32,000 nt of DNA. It comes from Candidatus Heimdallarchaeota archaeon (lineage in GTDB: Archaea > Asgardarchaeota > Heimdallarchaeia > Heimdallarchaeales > Heimdallarchaeaceae). The stretch spans positions 1 through 32,000 of the forward strand of contig DAOVER010000026.1 in the NCBI GenBank assembly GCA_030668875.1, in the 5' to 3' direction. The notes below the pieces were generated by a model. That model searched no databases. It was not told the origin of the DNA and saw only the letters and a list, made by a program, of their open reading frames with translations. Shown piece after piece: positions 9,001 through 21,300 of this stretch (positions are counted from its first letter, which is position 1; each line of letters starts with the position of its first letter). The position numbers were made by a program, and so were the translations under genes.

Positions 9001-9170
9001 TCTATCATGAAGTAAGAGAAACCTTCTTAGATCTAATTGATAGTGCTGATGCTTTGAGAACATTGGGTGCTTTTGGTTCAATGTTTATAGTTGCTGCCGG
9101 TTTTGTTGTTGCATCTGTTGTGCTTAATATCATGAAGAAGAAGCACGATATTTCACTAATAAAAGAATAG
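6096..9170 (+). CDS. CD36/LIMP-2 (scavenger receptor class B)-like surface protein with an inserted LVIVD-repeat beta-propeller
   Basis: N- and C-terminal TM helices. CD36-like blocks: [20 protein letters not shown]...[53 protein letters not shown]. About seven LVIVD-type repeats (e.g. [22 protein letters not shown]). At least 12 N-x-S/T sequons. Confidence 0.72.
   Translation: [1024 protein letters not shown]
7317..8273 (+). repeat. About seven LVIVD-type repeats (predicted 7-bladed beta-propeller)
   Basis: [143 protein letters not shown]. Confidence 0.85.
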
Positions 9171-9178
9171 ACCTCTCA

Positions 9179-9200
9179 TTCTTTTTCTCCTTTTTTTCCT
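9179..9200 (+). terminator. Oligo-T terminator after the CD36-like gene
   Basis: TTCTTTTTCTCCTTTTTTTCCT starting 9 nt after the stop; T5 and T7 runs are typical of archaeal terminators. Confidence 0.5.
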
Positions 9201-9344
9201 ACTTAAACTTTTAAATAATTAATGTCTAATCATTTTTGCCGGTAAAATTTAACTTTAAATAGTTATAACAGTAATATGATTTATACTTGTGAGAACAGTC
9301 TCAATATTATTATATGTTAATAAGACATATGACAAGAAGACTAA

Positions 9345-9349
9345 GAGGT
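9345..9349 (+). promoter_or_regulatory. Shine-Dalgarno-like GAGGT supporting the TTG start of top6B
   Basis: GAGGT lies 7 nt upstream of TTG at 9357. Confidence 0.5.
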
Positions 9350-9356
9350 AAACACA

Positions 9357-12300
9357 TTGTCTGATGATAAAAGAGCAAAGAAAATGTCAGCAGCTGCATT
9401 CTTTAATGATAATAAAGCAATAGCTGGCTTTGGAAATTCAATGCGGGCAGTATTTACGAGTATCAGAGAACTTGTAGAAAATGGTTTGGATGCTGCAGAA
9501 ATCAGGGGAGTCAACCCTGTTATTTCAATTTATTTACGCAAACTTTCTAGTAGAGAAATTAATGATTTGCTAGATGTAACCCAATATAAAAAGTTGGAAA
9601 AACATCTTGATTTTCTGCAATTAACCTGTAGAGATAATGGGGTTGGAGTTCCAAGCAATCAAATAGCGGATTTGTTTGGACGAGTATTAACAGGAACTAA
9701 ATATGGTGTAATTCAGACTCGTGGTCGATTTGGCCTCGGAGCAAAAATGTGTTTACTTCACTCTATGTCTTCAGTTGATTTACCAGCACGTATCAAGAGT
9801 CGTTACTTCATGGATGATATGACTCATGAACTTCATCTAATGATAGATCTTGAAAGAAATCAACCTATCGTCATGGAACAAAGAGAATATTTATCTGGAG
9901 ACCCAAATGCGTTAGAAGAACCAGGTGTTGAGATTAGCATAACCTTTACTGGCGCTTGGAGATTAGCAAAGAATAGTGTTAAGGAGTACTTCAGACAATT
10001 AGCCATTATTACTCCTTATGCAAGTTTTGACATAAAAGTTCCTGGAGATAAGGAAGGAGAATTTGAGGAATTACATTATGTGAATGTAGTAGATGATATG
10101 CCTCCTCCCCCCCAGCATATTAAAATTCATCCTTGGGGATGTGATATCACTCAATTCAAAGCAGAATTGTCTTCCACTAAAACTAAAAAAATGAAGGCAT
10201 TTCTTGCTGAACATTTTATGGGAGTAACGAATGAAATTGCTGAAGATTTCTTCCAGTTACTAGAAATAGACCCAAACAAATCACCTTCGAATATAACTTC
10301 GAAGGAAATACGAAGAATAGTACATGAAGGTTTTATTAAAGCTTATCAAGAAGCTAAGGATGTTAAGAGGAAACGAGACAGAATATTCCAATTTGATCCA
10401 CCACGAGGAGATGCCCTTTCTCCATTAGGTGCAGGGAGACTAAGGAAAGGTCTAGAGAAAGAATTGCAACCAAAATTTGTTGAAGCTGTTACAAGACCTC
10501 CTAAAGCTTACTCTGGTCATCCTTTTGCAATTGAAGCAACTATGGGTTATGGTGGGAGTGTAAATGAAGCTGCTCAAGCTAAAGGAGCTACCGTTAATGA
10601 TAATAAGATAATTTACAGGTATGCTAACAGAATACCACTGATTTTTGGAGCAGGAAATGATGTAATTACTCAAGTTGTTTCCTCTATCCGATGGAACGAC
10701 TATGGTCTAACTAGACAGTCTGATCCTCTTGCAATTGCAGTTTCATTAGTTAGTACAAAAATACCTTTCCCTGAAACAAGTAAAGAGTATATTTCTAATG
10801 TTCCTGAAATTGAAGAAGAAATAAGATTAGCTCTGATGCAACTAGGAAGGAGACTCAAAACCTTTTTGAGCAGAGCAAAACGAAGAAAAAGAGAACATGC
10901 AAGGTTATCCAGATTTGTTAAATCAGCACCAGTTATAATTGAAAACCTTACCCAAATTCTTGAAGATGAGAACCTTAAATTCACCGATTTCCGACTAGAA
11001 ACAGATCGAATTTCTGCATCTCTAGCTCATGGTTCTCCAAAGAAAGTTCGCTTGTATATGCCAATTGGAACGCGATTATTCGGAGCAAATGTTTGGTGTC
11101 CAAATAATATTCAAACAGCATTAAAAAATAATAATATTGAGTCAGTTTCAGAATTTCTACTTAAAGATTCAAAAGAATTAGCTGCGTTCCTTCAAATGAC
11201 AAAAGCTCAGATTTACGATATAAAGTTAAGAACTATCTCTGAATTAGACAGAGACAACTTGAGTCCAAGTTTTGATACAAAGACCTTAGTGTCTCGTCTT
11301 GTTGAACGAAGGTTCTCCTCTGAAGGTGAAAGACGGTACATTTCCTTGAAAGATGCATTATACAGACGATGGATACAAAATGTTTACCACTATTTAGCAA
11401 CAGATTTTGATAAACTTCGTGCTGTTTCAGGAATGCTAGAGAAGTTCTTCGAAACTAAGAAAGATGAATTACTTAATGATTACTTAGCTAAAGGAGCTAA
11501 GACAGGTAAAAACACTATATCAACTATAGACAAAGCTATTGCTACTTTCAATACTGTATCAGACTTAAAGAAAGAACAACTCTATCCTCCCTTTAAGTAT
11601 TTAAAATCTGAGACTGACAATGTTCTTGGAGAAGATTTGTCAATAGAAGAATTTCTTTACCAGACTGTACAACCCACATCTATTAACTATCATCCAGAAA
11701 TAACTCGAACGCTTATTGAGTATTTGAAAATTGTATTTACACAAATCACTAATAAATTCCCTGCATTTGCTGCAAGCAATATAACAAGAATGAAACCTGA
11801 TTGGACAGATGGTTATACAAAAAATGCCTTCCATAGAAGAAAGATAAAAACAGTTAATGATTTTCTGAACCACTCTACAGATGATCTTATTGATATAAAA
11901 GAACTGGAAAGAATATTGTATGAACAATACATAGAACTAATTGCTTCAAATTCAAAATCTGTTCCTTTGAAAGATTTCTCTTTTGTTGAAATTCAACAGT
12001 TAAAAGAGGATGAAACTCTTGTTATGAAAGATTTAGCTAAACACGGAATAAAGACTCTTGCTCAGTTCTTAAGCTGTACCTCTGAAAAAATATTACTAAA
12101 GAAGTTTAATACTTTAGGTACTCTTTTACTGAAGGAATCAAAGTTCAAATTATCTGCAAATTTACATGATACTAACAGGATTGTTGATCAATCTCACATC
12201 AAAATTATTCCTGAAAATGTTGAAACAGAATTTGTAAGAAATCAAATATTTACAACTTCTTCTTTTTTGGCGAAATCTTCTGTAATATTAAAGAAAATGG

Positions 12301-15300
12301 GAATGAAGAAGAAAGATATTGAGAGAGCAAAGAAGGAACTTGGTACTCCTTTACAGAATTGGGTCGATCATGATGAAATTCTCAAGAAATGTGGTATAGT
12401 AATCTTAGAAGAATTATTCTTTAATGATTCATCCGAATATAATCTTACACCTGAAGAAAAGAAAAAGTATGATGAAAACATCATTTTCCTCCGTTCTCCA
12501 CTGATTTTTGCTCTACCCGAATTAAGAAGTTCCTCCCATCTTCTTACTGAAATTGGTATTAACAATATTGGACGTTTCCTAATATGGTCTAATTCTGAAC
12601 TCTCAGATATCCTTTATCTATCTGTCAATGAGATAAAAGCTCTGAAGAAGAAAATTGTTTATCAAAAACAAATTCAATCTAGGGATGAACTAGGGAAAGG
12701 CTTAACACTTCTTTCAAGGCACTATCCTAATTTGGTGAAATATTTTGATAAAGAAGCACCATCGATTCAGGATTTATATTATGCTTATCAGTCAGAAAAT
12801 TTCTCGTTTAATACAGGTTTTTGGAAAAAACTATACAAACTGAGTGAACTATCTCAACAAGAAGCTATTGATTTAGTTCATCTTTATCCTAAGAACTTCA
12901 AAGATATTGATACATTAAAAGAAGCACTCCTACGTTTGAAATCAAGGAATGTTGAAACTATACGTCAATTCATGGAATTGCAACCAGAGATAATTGAATC
13001 AAAATTGAGTGTCTCAAAGGAAAGGAAAGTTGCTAGAGCTCTCTATGATACGATCCGATCAAGAAGATTTGAAGGAGAACAAGAATTACACAAACAAATA
13101 CTTCTTCTTAGTGAGTATGATGAATTTCAAAGAAATTTTGGTTCTCCTATTTCTAGGATTCCTGAACTTGCTCTGGAAGAATTAGAGAAATTTCGAAGTC
13201 ACGATATATTAGCTGTTCATCAGATATTCGATCATACAGTAGACGAAATAGCTACTGTGCTTGGTCGTGAAAAAGGATCAGTACAACAATTCATGAGCAG
13301 TTTTACCCTCTTACAGAAAGGAACACCATTCTTTGAAAAAGTAGATAGAAACAAATACAAATCACTAGTTTCATTTGAATTTGAGGATCTTGAACGTTTC
13401 TCTTCAATCGAGATTCAATCCCTTATTCAAGCTGGTTACGCTTCAGTTGACCAGATTTTTTATCTAACCCATCCACTTACTTTTTCCTCTTCCATTCTGA
13501 ACTGGAATGTTGTAGACAAATTTAGAAAATTATTACGATCACCTCTTACATTGGTTACATGGGAGAAAACAGTTAAGACAAAAACTTTTGATGAGACTGA
13601 GAATAAAGAAGTTGAAGTTGAGGACGTTCAAATTTCTACATTAACTACTTTACAATTAAATATTTTACAGAATCAAGGTATTTCAAGAATCATCGACCTT
13701 CTTGTAAGCAAACCAGAAACACTTGCAGAAGCTCTTAGCATCAGTATGGAAGAAGCCAAGATACTCCAGAAAGATATCAGAATTAGTGACACTGGAACTG
13801 ATTTAGCAGAATTGGACATCTTCAAATCAGAAATTGTTGATAAATTAGAGGAAAACAATGTTCTTACTCTTGAGGATTTATACTTCTCAACTTCGAAGAG
13901 CAAATGGAGAGTTAAAGAAGTTCCATGGGATATCATAGAATCATTCAAAAGTATTCTCAACCTTCCTCTTGCACATCTGTCAGATATGTTGGATGAAGAT
14001 ATTCTAACTGCTTTAGAGGATGCTAATGTTAAAACTCTGTTAGGATTTATGCTTACAACTCCTGAAAGTTTAATGAATAAAACAGGTATACCTGATGAAA
14101 GATTTGAAACAATAAAACGCGGTATGGATATTTCTGACATATTCAGTTACTTCTCACTTCCAAGTTATTTCCTCCCAGGTTTAACCTTCCAGCAAACCGA
14201 GATTCTAAAAGAAAATGGTCTTAAATCAGTCGCAGAATTTATAATCAGCTCTCCACAGAAAATTAACAAATTAATCAAAGTGCCTGCTAAGCAATTCCGA
14301 GAAATCACTGCAGATTTAACCACTCAAAGCCTACAAGCTCTGTATGATGAGAAAGGAATCTTTGCTTTTGAGACAAAGCTCTTCGATAAAATGGAACAAC
14401 GACTATTGGGAAGGGATTCAATATTTGAATTTGATAGGTTTCAAACCATCCAAGAAATGTATTATACACTGAATAGAGATTTCTATCAAAATAATCAAGA
14501 CCTATGGGAAAAGGTCTCTGCAATCCAAAAAGTATTATCACTTCCTCTGCACATATTCACCGAAATCTCTGAATATGCTCTTGAAATTATGAGCCAAAAT
14601 GGTATTAATTATGTTTATCAGCTACTCTTTATTCATGATTCAGATATAACTGATCCATTACTATTCAGAACTGTATCAACTTATTCTTCCAAAATAATCG
14701 AAATGAGAGCTTTTCATTACTTTTCCAAGCTTCCTGCTTTTGTTTATAATTCAAACTATTTCAAGAGAATATTGAAGGATACTGTTAACAAATCTCTCTC
14801 AGACGTTATTACTGATGAAAAGGTAATCAAAGATTTAGCTGCAAAAGATAAACAATATTTATACGAAAACTATAACTTAACTATCATTCGTTCAATTCTA
14901 GAACTACCACTTAGAATTACTCCTTACTTTACAAGAATAAAGAAAGTTAGAAGGGATGAATATAAAAATACGAAAATTGGTGATGTTTTCGATATTGATT
15001 TAGAAGAACATTCTGCTCTCTCCTCCTTTTACTCTAGATTATATGAAGAAAACTCTTTCAATAAATTAATCTCGCAATTAACTATCCCAATATCTTCAAT
15101 GGGATTACCCCGTGAACTTGCCTTAAAACTAAGCAAATCATCCATAGGTACATTAATAGATTTTTATTCCACTCCTGAGAAACAAGTTTCTGAAATCACT
15201 GGTTTTTCACAGAAGAACATTCGAGAAATAAAAGATGGATTAACATATTCAAACATTGTTTCTTTCCGAGTATCACAAGCTCATAAAATAAAACCTTCTT

Positions 15301-18300
15301 CCTTTGTATCAGAAAAGCAGATTTTCGACCTTATGGGGAAATCGATATCGGATATAGAATCTCTCTTTTACTCCGCAGAACATTTAGGAATCTCAAAATT
15401 ACTCCCTCTTGAAAATTATAAGAAAATCAAGGAAATTCTATCTGGGTCTATAAGATTTGTAGGATTTCTCTCATTTGATGAAATAAGAAGGTTAGAGTAT
15501 CATAATATTAATTCGATAATTGATTTTGCTCTACTCTCTAAAAAAGATCTCTTTACCATTACACAAAACCCCATTTACAAGGAGTTTCATGTTCTAGATT
15601 TGATTTCCTTTGATGAGTTATCAGAGAAAAGGATTCAAGCTGCTATACCTCTCTCATTGTGCCCCTCGATAGAAGAAGATTACTTAGAGAAAATAAAAGA
15701 AATTGGAATAAACTCCATTCAAGATTTTATCTCAAGAATGACAGAAATTAGAGAATCTCATCCTCATCTAGTAAAATTAGATATCTTCCGAGAAGTACAA
15801 ATGTATCTCTCTTCTGTAGCTTATATTGGACTTAATAATGAAAGTGTCCAGAAACTCATTTACTCAGGTGTTGGCGATATCTTATCTTTCATAACTGAAG
15901 ACCCTTCAACTATATCTCTGATTCTTGGAATAAGTGAAAAACAAGTTGATAAATATGTCAAACTTGCAGTTCCAAGTAATTTGGTTGAGAAAGTAGACAA
16001 CAAAGGTGTTCTTCTTACAGAATTTTCTGGATTATCTAGAGGAAGGAGAAATTCCTTACTAAAATCTGGAAAAGAAACAGTTCAAGATCTATTTAGTTCT
16101 CGTTATCAAGCTTATTCTCAATCTAACATCTCTGATGCGTTGATGAGCGAATTTATTGAAAGCTGTAATATGTCGTTATACAGAATTGAAGAAATTGAAC
16201 CAGGAATTAAGGCTAAGCTTTCAAAGAGTGGAATAACAAGAATTATTGATTTATTCTGCAGTACTGATGCAGGACTAAAGAAAGCTCTTGATGGTAAACT
16301 CCCCAAAGAGTTTAAGCAAATTAGAAAAGGTCATTTCACCTTAACAAAAGGAATTCCGCTAAGTTTGAATGAACCCCTGCAAGATATTATTAGAGAACTT
16401 AATATCGAACCTTCCAACAAAAAGATTGAGGACATGTTTGGTTTTGTACCTGAATTTTTGCTTCAATTTACAGAATCTGAAAGAATTGAGAAGGATAAGA
16501 ATTTAGCATTCCTAGAACAGATAGTAAGTTTCTTGAGTCTTAATATTCTATCATTACCGTCATTTGATACCACCACTAAACTGATTCTTTGGAATCGTGG
16601 TATCCGCCATATAATAGAACTATTATCCACGAATATGAACAAAATTGATGGTATCCCATATCAAGTAATCTCAGAGGTTCGATCTTACCAGAAAAATTTT
16701 AGTTTAAGTAGAAGCATGTCAGAGACATTTTCTCCATATATTGATGATGTACTCAATTTACCTGTTAAAAAGCAAATTAGATTCCAGAATTATGGTCTCA
16801 CTAGTGCTTTATTACTAGTTGATTTCATACCTCATCCCATATTCAGTTTCACTGCAAATGAGCAATCTATTCTCCGGATTATTTCAAATAACATGTTCAA
16901 ACCAATAACCTGGTTATCTTCAGATGTATCATTTAAGATTGAAGACATAAACTTACTAATTCAAAATAGAGCTATAAACATCCTTTCAGCTCTGCTTCTA
17001 TTATCTGATCAAGATGATACTAAAGCACTAGATACTTTATCTAATAAATACTATAAACCGATTTCTGCTTACCTCAATTCATCTGTCTTACAACTTAGTG
17101 CCCCTGAATGGGCTCTACAATTATCTAATACAAAGATAATAACAGATGCTAATAGCCTAAAATTACTAAAGAAAGAGAACATTTCTTATCTTGATGAATT
17201 CCTGACATTAGAAAGCAAGTTTTTGAATAACCCTAATCTTATAACCGATGTTTTACCAAAACTACTTTCACTAAAAAGCCTCCCCATATCCTCCATCAGT
17301 GACCTATCACCCAGTAATATTCAAAAATTAAAACGTTCAAGAATAAACAATGTTTATGAGTTTCTTGTAGTTCCTGCTCCATTGCTTTCAAATCTTCTAT
17401 CAATTTCTGTTGAGAATGTTAACGCAACTAAATCTTCAATTGATCTTTCTTCATTAGAAAAAACAGCAAAACTTACTGGTTTGGACCTAGAACTCTTCCC
17501 AGAACTTTCCCAAGATTCTAGAATAATTCTTCAAAGAAGAGGTTGTGTGTCTCTGAATCAAGCATCGAAGATGGATCTAGATCTCATTCCACTTCTTTCA
17601 GAAGATAAGTTACTTTTACAAAACCTTATCGCTATGTTATTTACTCCCACCACATTAATTGGAAAAATACTTAAATTAACAAAGAATGAAATTGATGAAT
17701 TACTAATTCGTGATGTATGTACATATGTAGACCTCTTAGAGCTTCCTCAAAAAACTTGGCCTGCAAAAATAAGGAAAAGTTTGTCAGATAAGGATTCTGA
17801 TCCAACATATCTAATTAAGAACTTACAAAACCTTGAGAAATTCGGAGTGCCTATAGAAAAGCTAGATTTAGCAAAAAGTGTTACTAAAGCGCTAGTAGAT
17901 GCAGGAATTGTAACAATTGATCATCTATACTATCTACCCATAACCTATGTAAGTGCAAGGAGTAAAGTTAAACAACCCATTCTTGAAGAAATTAAGAAGA
18001 AATTATCCTACAATATAAATTTCCTTCAAGATATCTCACATACAACTTTAGCTGGTTGTTATTCGAAAGATTCTTTTACGATAATTAGTTGCTTGATTTA
18101 CTGGAATAATTTATCTAAGGAAATAAGAACAGATTTGGAAGGTTCTCTAGACAGTATCAAACTAATTGAAGAAACAAGATTTATTGAACCACTGACTCCA
18201 ACGGAAACAAAGCTAGAATCTATTGGTATTCACTCGTTAAGATCATTCATTTTATCCCCACAGATTAAAAAAGAAACAGGTTTAGCAACCAAACTATTAC

Positions 18301-21300
18301 CATCTCTATTAGCTAATATTCGTTTCCTAAGTCTAGATCCAAAGCAGATTTCTCGCTTGAAGAAAACTGGTTTTGTTACAGTGGCAGATTTGCTTCTAAA
18401 TACTTCAAAAACAATATCTGTTAAATCCAAATTAGGTAAGAATGCAATTGATGAAATTCTCAATAACATAAAAATTGATAACTTAACCAGTTTGATTAAA
18501 TCGATGGAACAAGAGCATTTACATGATGCATTTTATCTGAGTACTAATGACAAAACATTCTTGAAATCAATAGGTGTTTATAGTTTAGCAGACTTAAACG
18601 AGTATACTGTTCTTGACTGGTTTGTTTCTAAACAAAAAATCCAAAAAATCAAAAAGAAAATTAACGCTTTGTTAGATACTAATATCCTTTACTATCCAGG
18701 AATTACATCTAAACAATATGCAGAAGTTGTTGAACAATACTTCATGAGGAATATATTTACGATCAAAGATCTAATGATATCAACAACAGTCGAGAAGACA
18801 AGTGATTTGATTGAATTTCTAACCATTTTCTCTACTAACAAACCTAAAATCCAATCCCAATATGTGACCTCTCTTTCATTCTTAAAAGGCATTGAAACCA
18901 AGGATTTGTTCGAGAAAAATGTTAAATTAGAAAAATCTGCAACAATTAATGATCTTATAGTAGCATTATACAGAAATTCTGAGGAATTGACCAAAAAGGG
19001 CGATGATATTATCAAACAGATTAACTACCCAATTTCTTTTTCATCAAAACTTAACCTCAATGAAGCAAATGATTTACGAAGCAAAAACATCCTTTCATAT
19101 GGAGATGTACTTACCAAACCAGTAGGTTATTGGGGGACTTTTGCTTCAGCGAAACTAAAGAAGAAGATTCTTGAAATTCTTAGTACAATTACATCACAAA
19201 ACATTGAAAATGAAGGTAAGAAGAGAGTTCAATTAAGTAGCATGAAAATATTCGATACAAACCTTAAGAAACAGCTTACATCAAATTATAAGACAATTGA
19301 TGAAGTTATTCATGCAATAAAAACAGAAGATACTAAAATCTTAAAACCATTGGAAAGGAAAATCACTAAAGTTTTGTCTACTCCTATCTCTCTTCTCAAA
19401 TTACCAAAAATCAAGATTAAATCATGGAAAAGACTTATATCGACTGTATCTACTTTAGAAGAATTCTACTTATTAACAGATCAAGAATTAGTCAAAATTC
19501 TATCCTCAAGCAAGGAAGAAATTGTTAAATTAAAGATCAATCTCGGGTCTGAAAATATCATCTTACCTCCAAGAATAAAGGAAAATAAGATCTTTACTAG
19601 TTCAGATGTTACAGAACTAAGTGCTAATGGGATTTCAAATTATGTACAGCTTTTTGAAGTGACAATAGAAATTTCTAAACTCAGCACTTCGTTAAAGGAT
19701 AAAATTGCCTTCTACAAGGAGTTTGATGTTAAGCAATTGGACGAGAACATAGAAGAAACCATACTCCTGAAAGATTTTGTATTTCTTGACTTTTATGCAG
19801 ATTCTCTGGCTCTAAGTAGAATACAAAAGGAATCTGTAAAGAATCTTTCCTCCTTGCTCTTGTCTCGTGGAACTCATCTATCAAAGATATTTGATATAGA
19901 TCTATTTGATATAGATCCCAATAAAGACAAAAGTAATCTGCTCAATACAACTATAGAGTATTTCCTCTTGATCGAGAAATATCGACCTAAGGTTTACACA
20001 AAAATTGTTGAATCTTTACAAGAAAAATACTCTTCACAATTAAACACTTTGCTTTCTTATCTTAATAGGTCACCAATTCTCCTTTCAGGACCAAATCTGT
20101 CAAATATTAACAAAATAGTTAAACTTCCTTATGAAAATATAAAGGACTTGCTCTTACTATCCAAGGAGAAACTTATTCGAGAAATAAATGATGTTGCTGT
20201 TCAAAGAAATGTTAGAGGATTGACATTATCTGTTTTGAAAGATCTTGATTCCAAGCTGACTTATATTCCAAAAGAGTTTTTGACAGCTTACGAGATAAAC
20301 CAATTAAAGAAAGAGAATATTTATTCCTTTGAAGAAGCTTTGGTTTTCAATAGAAAGTCAACTAGTAGAAAATCTAAGCCTTGGTTACTATCTGAAAAAG
20401 TAAGAAAAATATCCACTATTAACACGCTCTCACTTTCTTCTTATCTCCCCTCATCTAAAATACAAGAAAGACTACTGAAACTTAAAATAACCAATGTGTA
20501 TGAACTGGTTTATTATTGCCAGAATACAGAAAAAGAAGAAGACTTGAGTCTTTGCCAATCTGTTATTCAATCTGTAAGTTCTATTAATATTGAGGAAATT
20601 GAAACAAAAGAGAGAAGTAGATTTACTAAATTCTTTAATGACCCCGATATTCTTTCTTATTTACGAAGTCAAGATATCAGAACTTTTGGACCTTTAGTAC
20701 ATTATTTAGAACAGTTAGAGGATGAAGCTTTTACCCCTGAAATTGAGAAAATCTTATCCGTTATGCGTTTTCCAGTTTCTGTATTGTCAGATAATAAGAA
20801 ACTTGTGCTAAAACTAGAAGGTGAAGGTTATAACCAAGTAGTTAATCTTCTTATTCCTGCAAAAATAATCAATAGTTTGAAAAGCAATATTACCGAGAAT
20901 CAGAAGAAAGTTCTCACCTCTCTGATTAACATGCTTACTTATCAAGAAATATGTCGAATAATCACAAAAGATCATTATCCGATATCAAAACTTAGTTTAA
21001 TCGATGATATTTTGTTAAAAGAGTTAGTAAAGGCTGGATATGCATCAGTAGCTCATCTCAAATCAGCTGAAACAATTATTGCTGATACTAGCAAACTAAA
21101 TCTACAACAAATTTCTCGTATTGTAAGACTCTTTGATTCGTCTATTTATTACATGTCTGAAATGCTTAAAGACTATCCACAAAGTGCTTTTACTTTGTAC
21201 AATAAAGGAGTTAACACACTATGGGATATTTTCCTAGTTGGAAGTAAGGAAATTTCCAAGATTACAGGTATTTCTGTTCGACAGATAACTTCCTATTTAT

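Noticed and set aside
9233-9247. Imperfect palindrome TTTTGCCGGTAAAA upstream of top6B as an operator
   Set aside because: It is mostly A/T runs with one mismatch, occurs once, and cannot be distinguished from chance.
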